Below are positions 16,063 to 26,082 of a stretch of DNA of 36,623 nt, one piece after another; position 1 is the stretch's first letter, and each line of letters begins with the position of its first letter. The stretch is from sequence record DRR378314_658, one strand, 5' to 3'. Position numbers and translations under genes: made by a program. Under the pieces are notes generated by a model, which worked only from the letters and a program-made list of their open reading frames with translations, was not told the origin of the DNA and did not search any database.

Positions 16063-17949
16063 CTAAGACGCGTTTTCTGGAACTCCCAATGCTCGCAAAT
16101 CGTCTAGCCAGCGATTGTGGAACTCTTTGTCGGTGAACGGTGCAGTTTTTGCTTCTTCAATATCGTAGTCGGGATTGTCTGTTAGGAACTCGCCCATCAT
16201 GGTGCGCGCCTCGTCATCCCGCCCTAGCCGCAGCAAGATTGGAGCAAGGGTACGTCTGAGGCGATCCGGGACCCCGTTCATCTTCTCGATTGAAGCGAGC
16301 GCTCCTTCGTAGTCTTCCGCGAAGTACTGAGCCCAACCCAGATTCCAAAGATACCAATCTGGATGATGTGGATTGAGACGTATGGCAGCCTTCATCCGGT
16401 CAACGGCTTCATCTGCCCTTCCGCTGTAGATCAAAGGATCAATTGAATCGGCGAGTACCTGAGCGGAGTTCGGGTTTAAAGCAATCGCCTTCTCGTAAAG
16501 TGATGCGGCCTTCTCAAGATCGCCACTTTGCACCGTAATACTTGCCAAAACCTGATGAGCTTTGAAATTGAATGGCTCGAGCTTTATTGCCTTTCTGGCC
16601 ATTTCAAACGCGAGAGCCAAAGACTCTTCACGAGACGTAATTTCAGTCCACCCCCAGCGGTAGCCGAAGTTATGGGCCCAAGCGAGTTCGATGTATGCGC
16701 TGGCAAAATTAGGGTCGAGCTCGATTGCTTTCTGGCTCAGATCCATAGCAAGAATGTTGCCTTCTTTCGTGAATGTGAACGCCTGTTCCTGAGCGCGTTT
16801 GAAAAGCTCGTATGCATTCAAGTTGTCAGTGGGTTGGTGTTCTAACCGGTCATACTCGGCCAGGTCGATGTTCTCGTTGAGAGTCAGCGCGATCGTTCGC
16901 GTGACTTCGTCCTGGACATCAAATATATCCTCAAGACTGCGGTCGTAGCTGTCCGCCCAAAGATGTTTTCCGTTTGTTGCGTCTATCAATTGCGCTGTGA
17001 CCCGCAACTTGCCCCCTAATATTTGGACACTGCCCTCTACAATGTAGCGAACACCCAATTCCTCGGCCACCTGTTGTACCTTTACCGGCTGATCTTTGTA
17101 GGTAAATGTCGAATTGCGGGAGATTACGAAGAAATCGACAAATCGGGAGAGCGCGGTGATGATGTTTTCGCTGAAGCTGTCGCTTAAGTAGTCATGCTTC
17201 GGGTCGCTGTTCAGATTGTCGAACGCCATTACGGCAATAGACGGTTTGCCGGTTAGCGGGACAGCGGCGGGTTCAGCCGCACCGGGTGAATGGCTCGAAG
17301 TGTCCCAAGGTTGCCACAAGAGCATCCCCCCGATTGCAACTGCGACCGCGACCACTATAGCGACCAAACAAGAGCGACGTGCAGGCGCCACAGGTCGGGT
17401 GAAGGCGGAAACGAGAGCCGTTGCTTTGTCATCAAGCAACAGGCTGAAAACACGTATTGGTTCTGCAATGTTCTTGACCTCGTGAAGTCCGAGGTCTTCG
17501 ATGTTGAGGTCGAGTTTGTCTTTTACCTGATCATATACGCTGGCCGCCATATAGATGCCATCAGGCGCAGCAAGACCTTCCAGTCGCGACGCGACGTTTA
17601 CTCCGTCTCCGTAGATGTCATCGTTCTCCACGACGACGTCGCCGACGTTAATCCCAATTCGGTAGTGTATTTGGTTCTTTTCTAAGAAGTCCTTGTTTTT
17701 AACTCCGACGTAATGTTGAAACTCTATCGCGCATTGTACCGCTTCAACTGCGCTGGCAAATTCGATCAATAAACCATCGCCCATCAATTTGACGATGCGC
17801 CCTTTTCGGGCTGAAACGATAGGTTCTATCAGTTCTTCGCGATGTGCCTTAATGGACGCCAGTGTGCCTGTTTCATCTTCTCTGATGAGGCGGCTATATC
17901 CCACTACGTCTGCAGCAACTATCGCCGTGAGGCGTCGTTCCAATGCCAA
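16063..17949 (-). CDS. Class III adenylate cyclase with a TM helix, TolB-N-like domain and TPR repeats
   Basis: ADVVGYS, KLMGDG, RIGINVGDV, DIYGDGVNVASRLE; hydrophobic helix LVAIVVAVAVAIGGMLLW; PSIAVMAFDNL; TPR pattern; TTG start with SD GGGAGG. Confidence 0.92.
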   Translation of the reverse strand: MALERRLTAIVAADVVGYSRLIREDETGTLASIKAHREELIEPIVSARKGRIVKLMGDGLLIEFASAVEAVQCAIEFQHYVGVKNKDFLEKNQIHYRIGINVGDVVVENDDIYGDGVNVASRLEGLAAPDGIYMAASVYDQVKDKLDLNIEDLGLHEVKNIAEPIRVFSLLLDDKATALVSAFTRPVAPARRSCLVAIVVAVAVAIGGMLLWQPWDTSSHSPGAAEPAAVPLTGKPSIAVMAFDNLNSDPKHDYLSDSFSENIITALSRFVDFFVISRNSTFTYKDQPVKVQQVAEELGVRYIVEGSVQILGGKLRVTAQLIDATNGKHLWADSYDRSLEDIFDVQDEVTRTIALTLNENIDLAEYDRLEHQPTDNLNAYELFKRAQEQAFTFTKEGNILAMDLSQKAIELDPNFASAYIELAWAHNFGYRWGWTEITSREESLALAFEMARKAIKLEPFNFKAHQVLASITVQSGDLEKAASLYEKAIALNPNSAQVLADSIDPLIYSGRADEAVDRMKAAIRLNPHHPDWYLWNLGWAQYFAEDYEGALASIEKMNGVPDRLRRTLAPILLRLGRDDEARTMMGEFLTDNPDYDIEEAKTAPFTDKEFHNRWLDDLRALGVPENAS

Positions 17950-18118
17950 ACCTCCCTAGCTCAAACAACAAGTTAGCCAAAAAGGCGAATCTAATCCAGA
18001 TTCGAGATGACTGGTTGCATCTCACCAGAGAAAGCCGTCACGGCTGATTTGGTCGGAAGCGACCGTTTTGTTGCGTTGCCTGTCAATTCACGTGACCTTT
18101 GATTTTGCGCGCTCGACG

Positions 18119-18183
18119 AACGTCAGGTTCGACGGGCTGCGCCGCAGCATCGCTACCCTACGATTAATGTCTCCTTCGGGCAG
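18119..18183 (+). repeat. 65-bp degenerate intergenic repeat, sub-type B
   Basis: AACGTC...GCTGCGCCGCAGC...AATGTCTCCTTCGGGCAG; same length and layout as the other two copies. Confidence 0.7.
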
Positions 18184-18262
18184 TCTTCGCTTGGAAAAGC
18201 AGCTGCTAGGAAGAATGAACGATGCGCCTTTGGTGGATACTCGACTGTCATCGAATTTCTTC

Positions 18263-19198
18263 CTAAGCCGAGTCCTGTGGCGCAATAGTCTGTACGACCT
18301 CATCCACAAACCAACGAATGGCCGGATGGAATTGCCCCCGCTCATGCCAGAGCAGGTAATAGGGAAATTCCGCCCCTGACCTGAAAGGCACTGACACGAT
18401 ACTGGAGAATGAGGAGAGCTGAACCCCCAAACGTGACGGCGCGGCTGCAACGACGTCACTGTTTGCGACGTGGAAAGGCATGGAGGTGAAGAAAGGTACA
18501 GACAACATTGCCGGGTCATCATTGCTGGTCGCGCGCATGACGGTATCTGCTCGCAAGCGATCAACCGTCGGATAACTGAATTCGATCTGTCGGTACGGTG
18601 TGATATCCGGTGGCTCCAGAAAGCCCTTCTGCGCAGCAAGCTCGTGCAACGGATGGCCCTCGCGCATGAGAAGGACGTAGCTGTCAGTAAAGAGTTTTTT
18701 GACGATCAGGTCACCCTTCACTTTGAGCCCGGCGTAAAAGACAAAATCAACTTCACCGTCCTGAATTGCCGGAAAACTGTCTGGTACCAATGGTGTTACA
18801 TCCACTCTAACATGAGGTGCAACCGTCGCCAGCCGATCGACAAGCGGCCCAATGATGCAAGCCGCAGCATAGTCGGTACCGGCGATCCTAAAACGCCGGC
18901 TTGAATGTGCGGGATCAAACCGAGGCGGCAGAAAAACCGCTTCGGTCGCGTGGATCGCCTCAAGCACCGGTTCCTGAAGCGACAGGGCGTGATCCGTCAG
19001 CTGATACCCTGCCTGAGTTCGGATTAATAATGGATCGCCAGTCAGATCCCGAATGCGGGCAAGAATGCGACTTGCCGCAGGTTGACTGATCTCAAGCAGT
19101 TCAGCAGTTCGGGTCACGCTGCCAGTCTGCAACAGGATCCGCAGAAATCGCAAAACGCGAAAATCCATCGAAGCCAATTCATCATTCGGTTTTTGCAT
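18263..19198 (-). CDS. LysR-family regulator (NodD/NahR-like)
   Basis: GSVTRTAELLEISQPAASRILARIR-LTGDPLLIR, FDP, FRIAGTDY, LLWH, HPAIRWF; start could be 19207, 19198 or 19168. Confidence 0.9.
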   Translation of the reverse strand: MQKPNDELASMDFRVLRFLRILLQTGSVTRTAELLEISQPAASRILARIRDLTGDPLLIRTQAGYQLTDHALSLQEPVLEAIHATEAVFLPPRFDPAHSSRRFRIAGTDYAAACIIGPLVDRLATVAPHVRVDVTPLVPDSFPAIQDGEVDFVFYAGLKVKGDLIVKKLFTDSYVLLMREGHPLHELAAQKGFLEPPDITPYRQIEFSYPTVDRLRADTVMRATSNDDPAMLSVPFFTSMPFHVANSDVVAAAPSRLGVQLSSFSSIVSVPFRSGAEFPYYLLWHERGQFHPAIRWFVDEVVQTIAPQDSA

Positions 19199-19227
19199 GA
19201 TCAGCATGTTAGTTGCGTCATTTTGAT
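19193..19227. promoter_or_regulatory. Tandem T-N11-A boxes in the divergent LysR promoter
   Basis: TTGC-ATGATCA-GCAT (19193-19207) and TTGC-GTCATTT-TGAT (19213-19227). Confidence 0.4.
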
Positions 19228-19284
19228 TATGTCAAGCTAAGCGCATTTAGACCTCATCGAAACTGAACACGATGAGGAATCCCC

Positions 19285-19575
19285 ATGAGATTGGTCCAAT
19301 TGGCTTTCACAGCCAGCAGCGTCGTTTTTGCAGCCGCCATGGCGCATGCCGATGTATCGACCGAAACGCACGACCTGAACCAAGACGGAGTCGTGACGTT
19401 TGAAGAAATGCTTGAGTATCACCCAGCGGGAATTGAGCGGACCCAAGCGTTTATTGATCGTCACAGAATTATTTTCGATGGTGCAGATACGAACGGTGAC
19501 GGCGTGGTAGACGCGAGCGAAAACCAGGGTGGCGGCGCTGGAAAAACGAAGATCAAGGGCGCTAAGAAGTCTTGA
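19285..19575 (+). CDS. Small secreted EF-hand protein
   Basis: Signal peptide ending AHA; two EF-hand loops DLNQDGVVTFEE and DTNGDGVVDASE; SD GAGG. Confidence 0.85.
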   Translation: MRLVQLAFTASSVVFAAAMAHADVSTETHDLNQDGVVTFEEMLEYHPAGIERTQAFIDRHRIIFDGADTNGDGVVDASENQGGGAGKTKIKGAKKS

Positions 19576-19670
19576 GATGCCAAGTCTTCAGCACCGAGGC
19601 TGATAGAACAAACGATAAATTCCAGCCTCAACAATGCACGTAAACCTCTGAGATTAAGGTAGAAGTAAAT

Positions 19671-20699
19671 ATGCACATAACCCGCCGAACTCTTGCTGGA
19701 CAGATGGCACTCTGGGGTGCCGCAGCAGCGATCCCAGCAACCACACCTAAGCACGCCACAGCACAACCCAGGGCTTCTGGCATGTACGAAGTACGCGATG
19801 TGACCTTCCCCAGTGGCCCAGAGACGCTTGTAGGCAAACTCTTCCTGCCTGCAGGAGAGGGTTCGCATCCCGCAGTGGCGATCATGGGCCCCGTGGCGTT
19901 TGTAAAAGAGCAATCACCAGTACAATACGCCACAAGGCTGGCACAACAGGGCCTTGCGGTTTTGATCTTTGATCCGCGCAATCACGGCGCCAGTTCGGGT
20001 GAGCCGCGCCGGTTTGAATCCGGTGAGGTCAAAATCGAAGATCTTCGCGCTGCTGTCGATTTCCTTGCTGAACAGGATGGGATTGACCAAGGCCAACTCC
20101 ATCTCCTTGGTATTTGTCAGGGGGTGAATTGGACGATAGAAGCTGCGGCTCAGGACGAGCGGATCGCATCGCTTGGAATTGTTGCCGGTCACTACCTGAC
20201 CCCCGAAACGGCAATCATGTATCTCGGCGATGCTGCGTCGGTCGAGGCGCGCATGAACCGCTCAGCGGCGGCCGCCGCGAAGTTCTCCGAGACCGGTACG
20301 GTGGACTATATTCCAATAGTCGGTTCCCCCGAAGCCCTGTTGACAGCCACAGCCGTCGCCGAGTGGTATCTGCCATGGGACAACGAAGCGCCGTGGTTTC
20401 TCCATCGCGGTGGTTGGGAAAACCGGATTACAGCAATGAGCGAAGCGGGAATTTGGGGCTGGCAGATCAGCGACGCGGCATCGCGCCTCACATTGCCGGT
20501 TCTCATGGTCCACGGTGACAAAGCCGCCAGCGGCCCGGATATTCCGAAGCGAATCTATCAACAGATCCCTTCGGCCCATAAAGCACCTCACTGGATCGAT
20601 GGTGCCAATCAGCTTCAATTCTATGAGGACCCGCTGACCATCGACCGTGTCGTTGCGGTTCTTGGCCCGTATTTCCGGGGTGAGCAGATCAGCCTTTAA
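19671..20699 (+). CDS. Tat-exported alpha/beta-hydrolase with a Cys nucleophile elbow
   Basis: ITRRTL twin-arginine leader; VKEQ, FDPRNHGASSGEPR, GICQG, PVLMVHG, GANQLQFYE. Confidence 0.82.
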   Translation: MHITRRTLAGQMALWGAAAAIPATTPKHATAQPRASGMYEVRDVTFPSGPETLVGKLFLPAGEGSHPAVAIMGPVAFVKEQSPVQYATRLAQQGLAVLIFDPRNHGASSGEPRRFESGEVKIEDLRAAVDFLAEQDGIDQGQLHLLGICQGVNWTIEAAAQDERIASLGIVAGHYLTPETAIMYLGDAASVEARMNRSAAAAAKFSETGTVDYIPIVGSPEALLTATAVAEWYLPWDNEAPWFLHRGGWENRITAMSEAGIWGWQISDAASRLTLPVLMVHGDKAASGPDIPKRIYQQIPSAHKAPHWIDGANQLQFYEDPLTIDRVVAVLGPYFRGEQISL

Positions 20700-20815
20700 C
20701 GCTGCTCCGATACGCGGTGATCACGAGCCATCCACAAGTTCTGGTTCGTGATCATCCGTTGTGGAGCAATGTAGCATGGCCTCGACGGCAGGCCGTTTCA
20801 AAGAGAGTTTTGACA

Positions 20816-21706
20816 ATGACAAAATGCTTGAGCGCCTTGTTAACTTTGACGATTATTCAACCTGTTTCCGCGGAAGAGATCCTGGTCAGTAGCCTGCCAC
20901 CCTTTACCGAAGCAATCCTGCCTTTTGAGGCAGACGTCTACGCGATTTCTATTGGCCCTGGCGGACCTGGTGAAGAATTTGGGTCCCACGAAACCAATGG
21001 TGAACTATATAGACTCGGACCGAACGGTGCACATGAGAGCATCACTCTTTCCGACGGAGAAGGTCTCCGCAACCCGACCGGGTTGGTTGAACTTGGCGAA
21101 CAAATTGTCCTTGTGGATGGCAATCAAGTAATCTCGCTCTCCCTCGAAGGGGACGTCAACTGGCGTAGGAGTTACGACGAAGAAGGTGTGTTCTTCTACG
21201 ATGTCGAGGTGCTGAACGATGCCACTTTGCTTGTCAGCGATTTTGGGCGTGGGGGTTTTGTCACTGTGTCGGCAAACGCTGGTGATATTCAACCGGCTCT
21301 GGATGGTGTTGAGATCAATGGTCTTGCCAGATTCGAGATTACTGACGACCAAATCTATGCGGTATCATGGGGTGCTGATGACGCTTGGGATAGCGCTGTT
21401 TATCGTATCTCGGAATTGGATGAGGCCGGTCTGTCAGAAAAACTGGCGGGTGGATTTGGAAATCTTGAATCCATTGAGGTTGTAAATGGAACGGTAGTTG
21501 TCGGCGGTTACCGCGGGCATCAGGATCACCAGGCGTTCAAGCTGATGCAGTTGGATAAGGAAGGCGTTGTACATTCGCTCGGCGCAGGATCAGATACCCG
21601 GGGCGTTTCAGATATCTACTCTGACGGTCATTCCGTTTGGTTGAACTTTTTCTATGATGGGGCTTACGCCAAAATACCTGCAAAACACTTTTTGGCAGGT
21701 AGCTAA
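20816..21706 (+). CDS. Secreted beta-propeller protein (SMP-30/gluconolactonase-like)
   Basis: Signal peptide ending VSA; LRNPTGL, FFYDV, LLVSDFG, INGL blade motifs. Confidence 0.6.
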   Translation: MTKCLSALLTLTIIQPVSAEEILVSSLPPFTEAILPFEADVYAISIGPGGPGEEFGSHETNGELYRLGPNGAHESITLSDGEGLRNPTGLVELGEQIVLVDGNQVISLSLEGDVNWRRSYDEEGVFFYDVEVLNDATLLVSDFGRGGFVTVSANAGDIQPALDGVEINGLARFEITDDQIYAVSWGADDAWDSAVYRISELDEAGLSEKLAGGFGNLESIEVVNGTVVVGGYRGHQDHQAFKLMQLDKEGVVHSLGAGSDTRGVSDIYSDGHSVWLNFFYDGAYAKIPAKHFLAGS

Positions 21707-21871
21707 ACGCGGATTGAATGAGAAAAGGTTGCGACACCCAATAGACTGTTCGCAGCCCCAAGCGGGCGTCATTCCTAATCGGTGCAACATGAATGGTAAC
21801 AATTGATTAAATGACAATATATTTGCGGAGCTCCACAAGATAGCGCAAAAAACCCCAAAAGGAGTGATCAA

Positions 21872-23482
21872 TTGACTGACGTACTTGTTTCTGGTGCTGG
21901 GCCCAGCGGGTTGGTGCTGGCCATTGAACTGGCGCGCCGTGGCATTGATCTGCGCATAATCGACCGCGATACATCCGCACCAACTACACCGCGCGCATTT
22001 GTAGTGAAGCCGTCAACGTTTTACGCAGTGGAACAGTTGGGTGTCCTTGATCAGATATTCGAGCAAGGTGTTCCTGTTCAGTCTATGGAGCAATCCTTTG
22101 AAGGCAGGACTGCAGCGCTTGCAATATCATCTGATGAGCGCTGGCCATGGCACCTCAATCTCGGCGAAGATGATCTGATCCCTATTCTGATCGCGCGGCT
22201 GGAGAGCCTGGGCGTGCTTATCGAGCGCGGGTTGGAGCTTGTACGTTATGAACAGAATGCGAAAGGAATCATCTCTGTCTTGAAAAACCGAGCCGGTGCG
22301 GAAGAGAGGGTCGAAACCTCTTGGCTGATTGGTTGTGATGGTGTGCACAGTACAATACGGCAAGCTGCTGGGATTGGGTTTGAAGGCCACGATAGTGACC
22401 TTCACTGGCATGTGTTGGATGCGCAAATCGAAGGTTGGCCATACAAAGCAAACCACGGGATGTTGTATCTGGATCATCTTGTGGTCGCAATTTATCAGAC
22501 AAGATCGGCGTTCAGAATATATTCTCTTTCGTTGAACCACTGTGATGACAGTTGGACTTCGCTAAATGGTATTCTGCGCGATGTCGCGCCAGGCGTCCGC
22601 CTCGGCCCACCGATTTCAGATGTCAGCTTTCAATGTTCGGCTCGATTAGCTTCTGATTACCGAGTTGGAAGGGTGCTAATCTGCGGGGATGCATGTCATG
22701 CCATGTCAGCAGGAAGTGCTGCGGGAATGAATACCGGAATACAGGACGCAATGAATTTAGGTTGGAAACTAGCCTCAGTTGTTTCTGGGCACGCCAATGA
22801 TGCTCTTTTAGATACCTATGAAAGTGAACGCCGCCCCGCAGGGCGCGCTATGATTGATGTTGGTCAAAAAAACGACGACCTCTGGTCGACCAGCGATCCG
22901 GTTGAAAAAAGCAAGGCAATTCGACACTTTGCAGTGAATTTTTGGGCCTATCTGAAAAACGGTGGAAATGGGTATGAACCAGTGATGGGGAACTATGCAG
23001 CCAGCAGCATTTCTGTTGGAGAGCAGCCTTCGATTGGGCCCGGCCCCGGAACTCATGTGCCGGGCGACATACGTCTATATAAAGCAAACGGCGCTGCAGT
23101 TTTTCTCACAGGTGCGTTGTCGTCACCGTACAACACAGTTCTTCTTCTGATCAGTGATGGTGGATTGGAGGCCGAGAAACTTGTGAACGCAGCAATTGAC
23201 CTTGTCAAAGTGAGTTATAGAGCCCTTGATCTGGTCGTAGTCGCTCGTAGCACTGAAGGGGCATCCGCGCGCAGAGTACTTAATTTCGATGAAAATTCGC
23301 TCCTGGTCGATCCAGAGCTGAATTGTCACAATCGGTTGGGTATTGCTGTGCGCTCGGCCTTATGGATCAGACCGGATGGTCGCATTGGCAGTCGAAACGA
23401 TGATGTAGACGATATCACGCTGCTAATAAACCAATTGGGCGCTGCATTTCCTGGTTTGCTACAATCACCAGTTCTCTCATGA
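21872..23482 (+). CDS. FAD-dependent monooxygenase (aromatic hydroxylase type) with a C-terminal thioredoxin-like domain
   Basis: GAGPSG, GCDGVHSTIR, GDACH, GMNTGIQDAMNLGWKL, LLDTYESER, IRPDG; TTG start with SD AGGAG. Confidence 0.9.
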   Translation: MTDVLVSGAGPSGLVLAIELARRGIDLRIIDRDTSAPTTPRAFVVKPSTFYAVEQLGVLDQIFEQGVPVQSMEQSFEGRTAALAISSDERWPWHLNLGEDDLIPILIARLESLGVLIERGLELVRYEQNAKGIISVLKNRAGAEERVETSWLIGCDGVHSTIRQAAGIGFEGHDSDLHWHVLDAQIEGWPYKANHGMLYLDHLVVAIYQTRSAFRIYSLSLNHCDDSWTSLNGILRDVAPGVRLGPPISDVSFQCSARLASDYRVGRVLICGDACHAMSAGSAAGMNTGIQDAMNLGWKLASVVSGHANDALLDTYESERRPAGRAMIDVGQKNDDLWSTSDPVEKSKAIRHFAVNFWAYLKNGGNGYEPVMGNYAASSISVGEQPSIGPGPGTHVPGDIRLYKANGAAVFLTGALSSPYNTVLLLISDGGLEAEKLVNAAIDLVKVSYRALDLVVVARSTEGASARRVLNFDENSLLVDPELNCHNRLGIAVRSALWIRPDGRIGSRNDDVDDITLLINQLGAAFPGLLQSPVLS

Positions 23483-23497
23483 GAGCTTGAACAGGTT

Positions 23498-23562
23498 AAC
23501 GTCCGCTTTTGGGAAGCTGCACTGCAGCGTCAGTGATCGCGTTCAGCGTCCGGTATGGGCCG
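23498..23562 (+). repeat. 65-bp degenerate intergenic repeat, sub-type B
   Basis: AACGTCCGCTTTTGGGAAGCTGCACTGCAGC...AGCGTCCGGTATGGGCCG, starting 16 nt after the monooxygenase stop. Confidence 0.7.
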
Positions 23563-23647
23563 GATTATCATGCCGCTTTAGAAAATGCGTGAAATCTGGG
23601 CAAAGGCCGGTCAGGGCTCTTACCACCAGTTGAAGCGTTCCGCAGAG

Positions 23648-23701
23648 AATGGCAGGAGTGAGCCCAATCTACCGATGCTGCAGCTAGTTCGAATGGGCGT
23701 G
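23648..23701 (+). repeat. Degenerate intergenic repeat, sub-type A (copy 2)
   Basis: Matches 10-64. Confidence 0.65.
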
Positions 23702-24002
23702 ATGAGCACAGAACGGACGTCCCCGGGTTTGATCACTCCTCCTGCCGACTCCTGAGAAGAGGCAATAATACACACGCATAAGCCACCTATGGATTTACAT
23801 CTAAGAAGCTTTCGTTGGAACGGAGGTCACTAAATTCGAGCCTGGCTTCAACTCTCCACCTGTAAACAATTGTACATGATCCAAAATTCTTTTCAGTTTT
23901 TTGCCATTAGGCCTGTCGGTACAAATCATCACTACAAACAAGGCGAATTTTGGCTTGGAGCGTTTCTCTGCCCCTGTTTCGCCGATGACAAGGAGGAAAG
24001 AA

Positions 24003-24974
24003 ATGTTCAAGATTTCAGCGGGTCTCGGGTGCGTATTTGCTGCGGCAATCACCGCTTCGGCGGCCCAGGCAAACGAATGCGGTGAAGTATCACTGATGCA
24101 GGCCGATTGGGGGTCAGCGCAAATTGTGACCGCGGTCTCGAAGTTTCTGATGGAGCAAGGCTATGGTTGCGAAGTGACCACGGTTCCGCTCTCGAGCAAC
24201 CCTGCGCTGGCATCCGTATCCGAGACCGGAGAGCCCGATATTCTGACTGAAATCTGGACAAACGGCGCGCCGGCTTACCAAGGGCTGGTTGCTTCAGGTG
24301 CGATCATTCCTGTGACCGAAGTTTTGTCAGATGGCGGTGTCGAAGGGTTCTTTGTTCCGAACTACCTTGTGGAAGAGCATCCGGAACTGGCAACAATTGA
24401 AGGCATCGCAGCCAACCCCGAACTCGTCGGAAATCGCTTTCACAACTGCCCCGAGGGATGGACCTGTCTAAATGTCAGCACCAACCTGATGAAGGCAGGC
24501 GGGCTGATTGATGCAGGCATTGAAAACTTCGTGCATGGATCAGGCGAAACCCTTGCGGCTTCGATCGCTGCCGCCTACGAAAACAAAGAGCCATGGTTCG
24601 GCTTTTATTGGGCACCAACATCGGTACTGGGCAAATACCCGATGACCCTGGTCGATATGGGCCCCCATGACCCTGAAAAGCACGCCTGCAACATCACAGC
24701 GGAATGCGCGACGCCAGAAATGAGCGCCTTCCCCCGCAGTGAAGTCGTTACAGTTCTGTCGAAAGAATTCATGGCCGAAAACGCAGCAGTGTCTGACCTG
24801 ATGACAAATCTATCCTTCACCAACGCTCAGATGGGCGAAACGCTGGCATGGGTTGAAGACAACAATGCCTCCTACGATGAAGGCGCGGTGCATTTCCTAA
24901 CAACCTACAAGGATGTCTGGGGGGCGTGGCTTAACGATGCTGCGCGCGACAAACTTTCCGCCTTGCTGCAGTAA
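24003..24974 (+). CDS. proX: Glycine betaine/proline-family ABC substrate-binding protein (ProX/OpuAC)
   Basis: Signal peptide ending AQA; CGEV, EQGYGC, EIWTN, CPEGWTC, YWAPT; SD AAGGAGG. Confidence 0.85.
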   Translation: MFKISAGLGCVFAAAITASAAQANECGEVSLMQADWGSAQIVTAVSKFLMEQGYGCEVTTVPLSSNPALASVSETGEPDILTEIWTNGAPAYQGLVASGAIIPVTEVLSDGGVEGFFVPNYLVEEHPELATIEGIAANPELVGNRFHNCPEGWTCLNVSTNLMKAGGLIDAGIENFVHGSGETLAASIAAAYENKEPWFGFYWAPTSVLGKYPMTLVDMGPHDPEKHACNITAECATPEMSAFPRSEVVTVLSKEFMAENAAVSDLMTNLSFTNAQMGETLAWVEDNNASYDEGAVHFLTTYKDVWGAWLNDAARDKLSALLQ

Positions 24975-24985
24975 ACTGCATGGAC

Positions 24986-25009
24986 AGGGGCATCCTCAGC
25001 GATGCCCCT
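24986..25009 (+). terminator. Stem-loop after the binding-protein gene
   Basis: AGGGGCATC-CTCAGC-GATGCCCCT, perfect 9-bp stem. Confidence 0.55.
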
Positions 25010-25041
25010 AACGCACTGAAGTAGATCGGAAAGTGGGAAAA

Positions 25042-26070
25042 ATGGCCTTCTATGACAAGTTATTCAGCGCATTGGGTTTGAGCGAATGGTGTGGCACGTC
25101 CGATGACAAAGCGCCTCTTTCGCTGGCTGATCTTGCGGCGCAAGCAGGAGGAGAAGAGGCCTCTGAGCCGCTCATTCCAATTCCCTCGTTTGATAATCTG
25201 CACGAAAGCTGCAACCGCATATGGCAGTCGCGCGATGTAACCAACGGGATCGAAGAAGGGTTTCTGGCAGCCAAACCGGTCCTGAAAACCGTTCTGGACC
25301 CGATCACGCAGCCATTGAGCTGGATATTGGATGGCGCACTTTGGCTGTTTGAAGCGACGCCATGGTTCATCATGGTACCGCTTCTGGTGGCGATTTCCTG
25401 GTACGCGTCACGTTCGCGCCCTGTGACGATCTTCGTGGCCGCCTCGATTATGATGCTGGCCCTCGTAGACCACTACGATGTGGCGATGCAAACTCTGTCG
25501 ATCGTCTTTGTGTGTACGACGATTTCGGTGCTGTTCGGTGTGCCCATTGGAATTGCCATGTCGAAATCCGACCGATTGCAAAAAAGCATCGTTCCGTTGC
25601 TCGACCTGCTGCAGACCCTGCCGACATTCGTGTACCTGATCCCTCTGATTTTCTTGTTCTCGGTCACGGAATCCAAACTGTACGGGATTGCGATCATCCT
25701 TTACGCGATTGTGCCGGTGATCCGTTTGACCGACCTTGGCATCCGGCTTGTCGACAGGGATGTGATCGAGGCGGCCAATGCCTTTGGCATGAAGGACCGC
25801 CAGAAACTGATGCGGGTGCAACTCCCTTTAGCGCTGCCCAATATCATGGCCGGAATCAACCAGACCATCATGATGAGCCTTGCCATGGTCGTGATCGCCT
25901 CTCTTGTTTCGGCCCCTGGCCTTGGCGTGAACGTGTTGCGCGGTATCCGAAACCTTGAACTGGGTGTGGGCATCGTCGCGGGCATCGGCATTGTTCTGCT
26001 GGCCGTGATCCTTGACCGCGTATCCAAGGCAGCTCTCACACGGGTCGATAAGACCCAAGTCAAACATTAA
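25042..26070 (+). CDS. proW: ProW-type ABC permease
   Basis: LDLLQTLPTFVYLIP, IRLTDLGIR, EAA motif, AGINQTIMMSLAMVVIAS. Confidence 0.92.
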   Translation: MAFYDKLFSALGLSEWCGTSDDKAPLSLADLAAQAGGEEASEPLIPIPSFDNLHESCNRIWQSRDVTNGIEEGFLAAKPVLKTVLDPITQPLSWILDGALWLFEATPWFIMVPLLVAISWYASRSRPVTIFVAASIMMLALVDHYDVAMQTLSIVFVCTTISVLFGVPIGIAMSKSDRLQKSIVPLLDLLQTLPTFVYLIPLIFLFSVTESKLYGIAIILYAIVPVIRLTDLGIRLVDRDVIEAANAFGMKDRQKLMRVQLPLALPNIMAGINQTIMMSLAMVVIASLVSAPGLGVNVLRGIRNLELGVGIVAGIGIVLLAVILDRVSKAALTRVDKTQVKH

Positions 26071-26082
26071 GGAGCCGGTTCA

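Noticed and set aside
15769-23701. CRISPR array or integron attC sites
   Set aside because: Copies are kilobases apart and diverged, with no regular spacers, no cas or intI gene and no clear RYYYAAC...GTTRRRY ends
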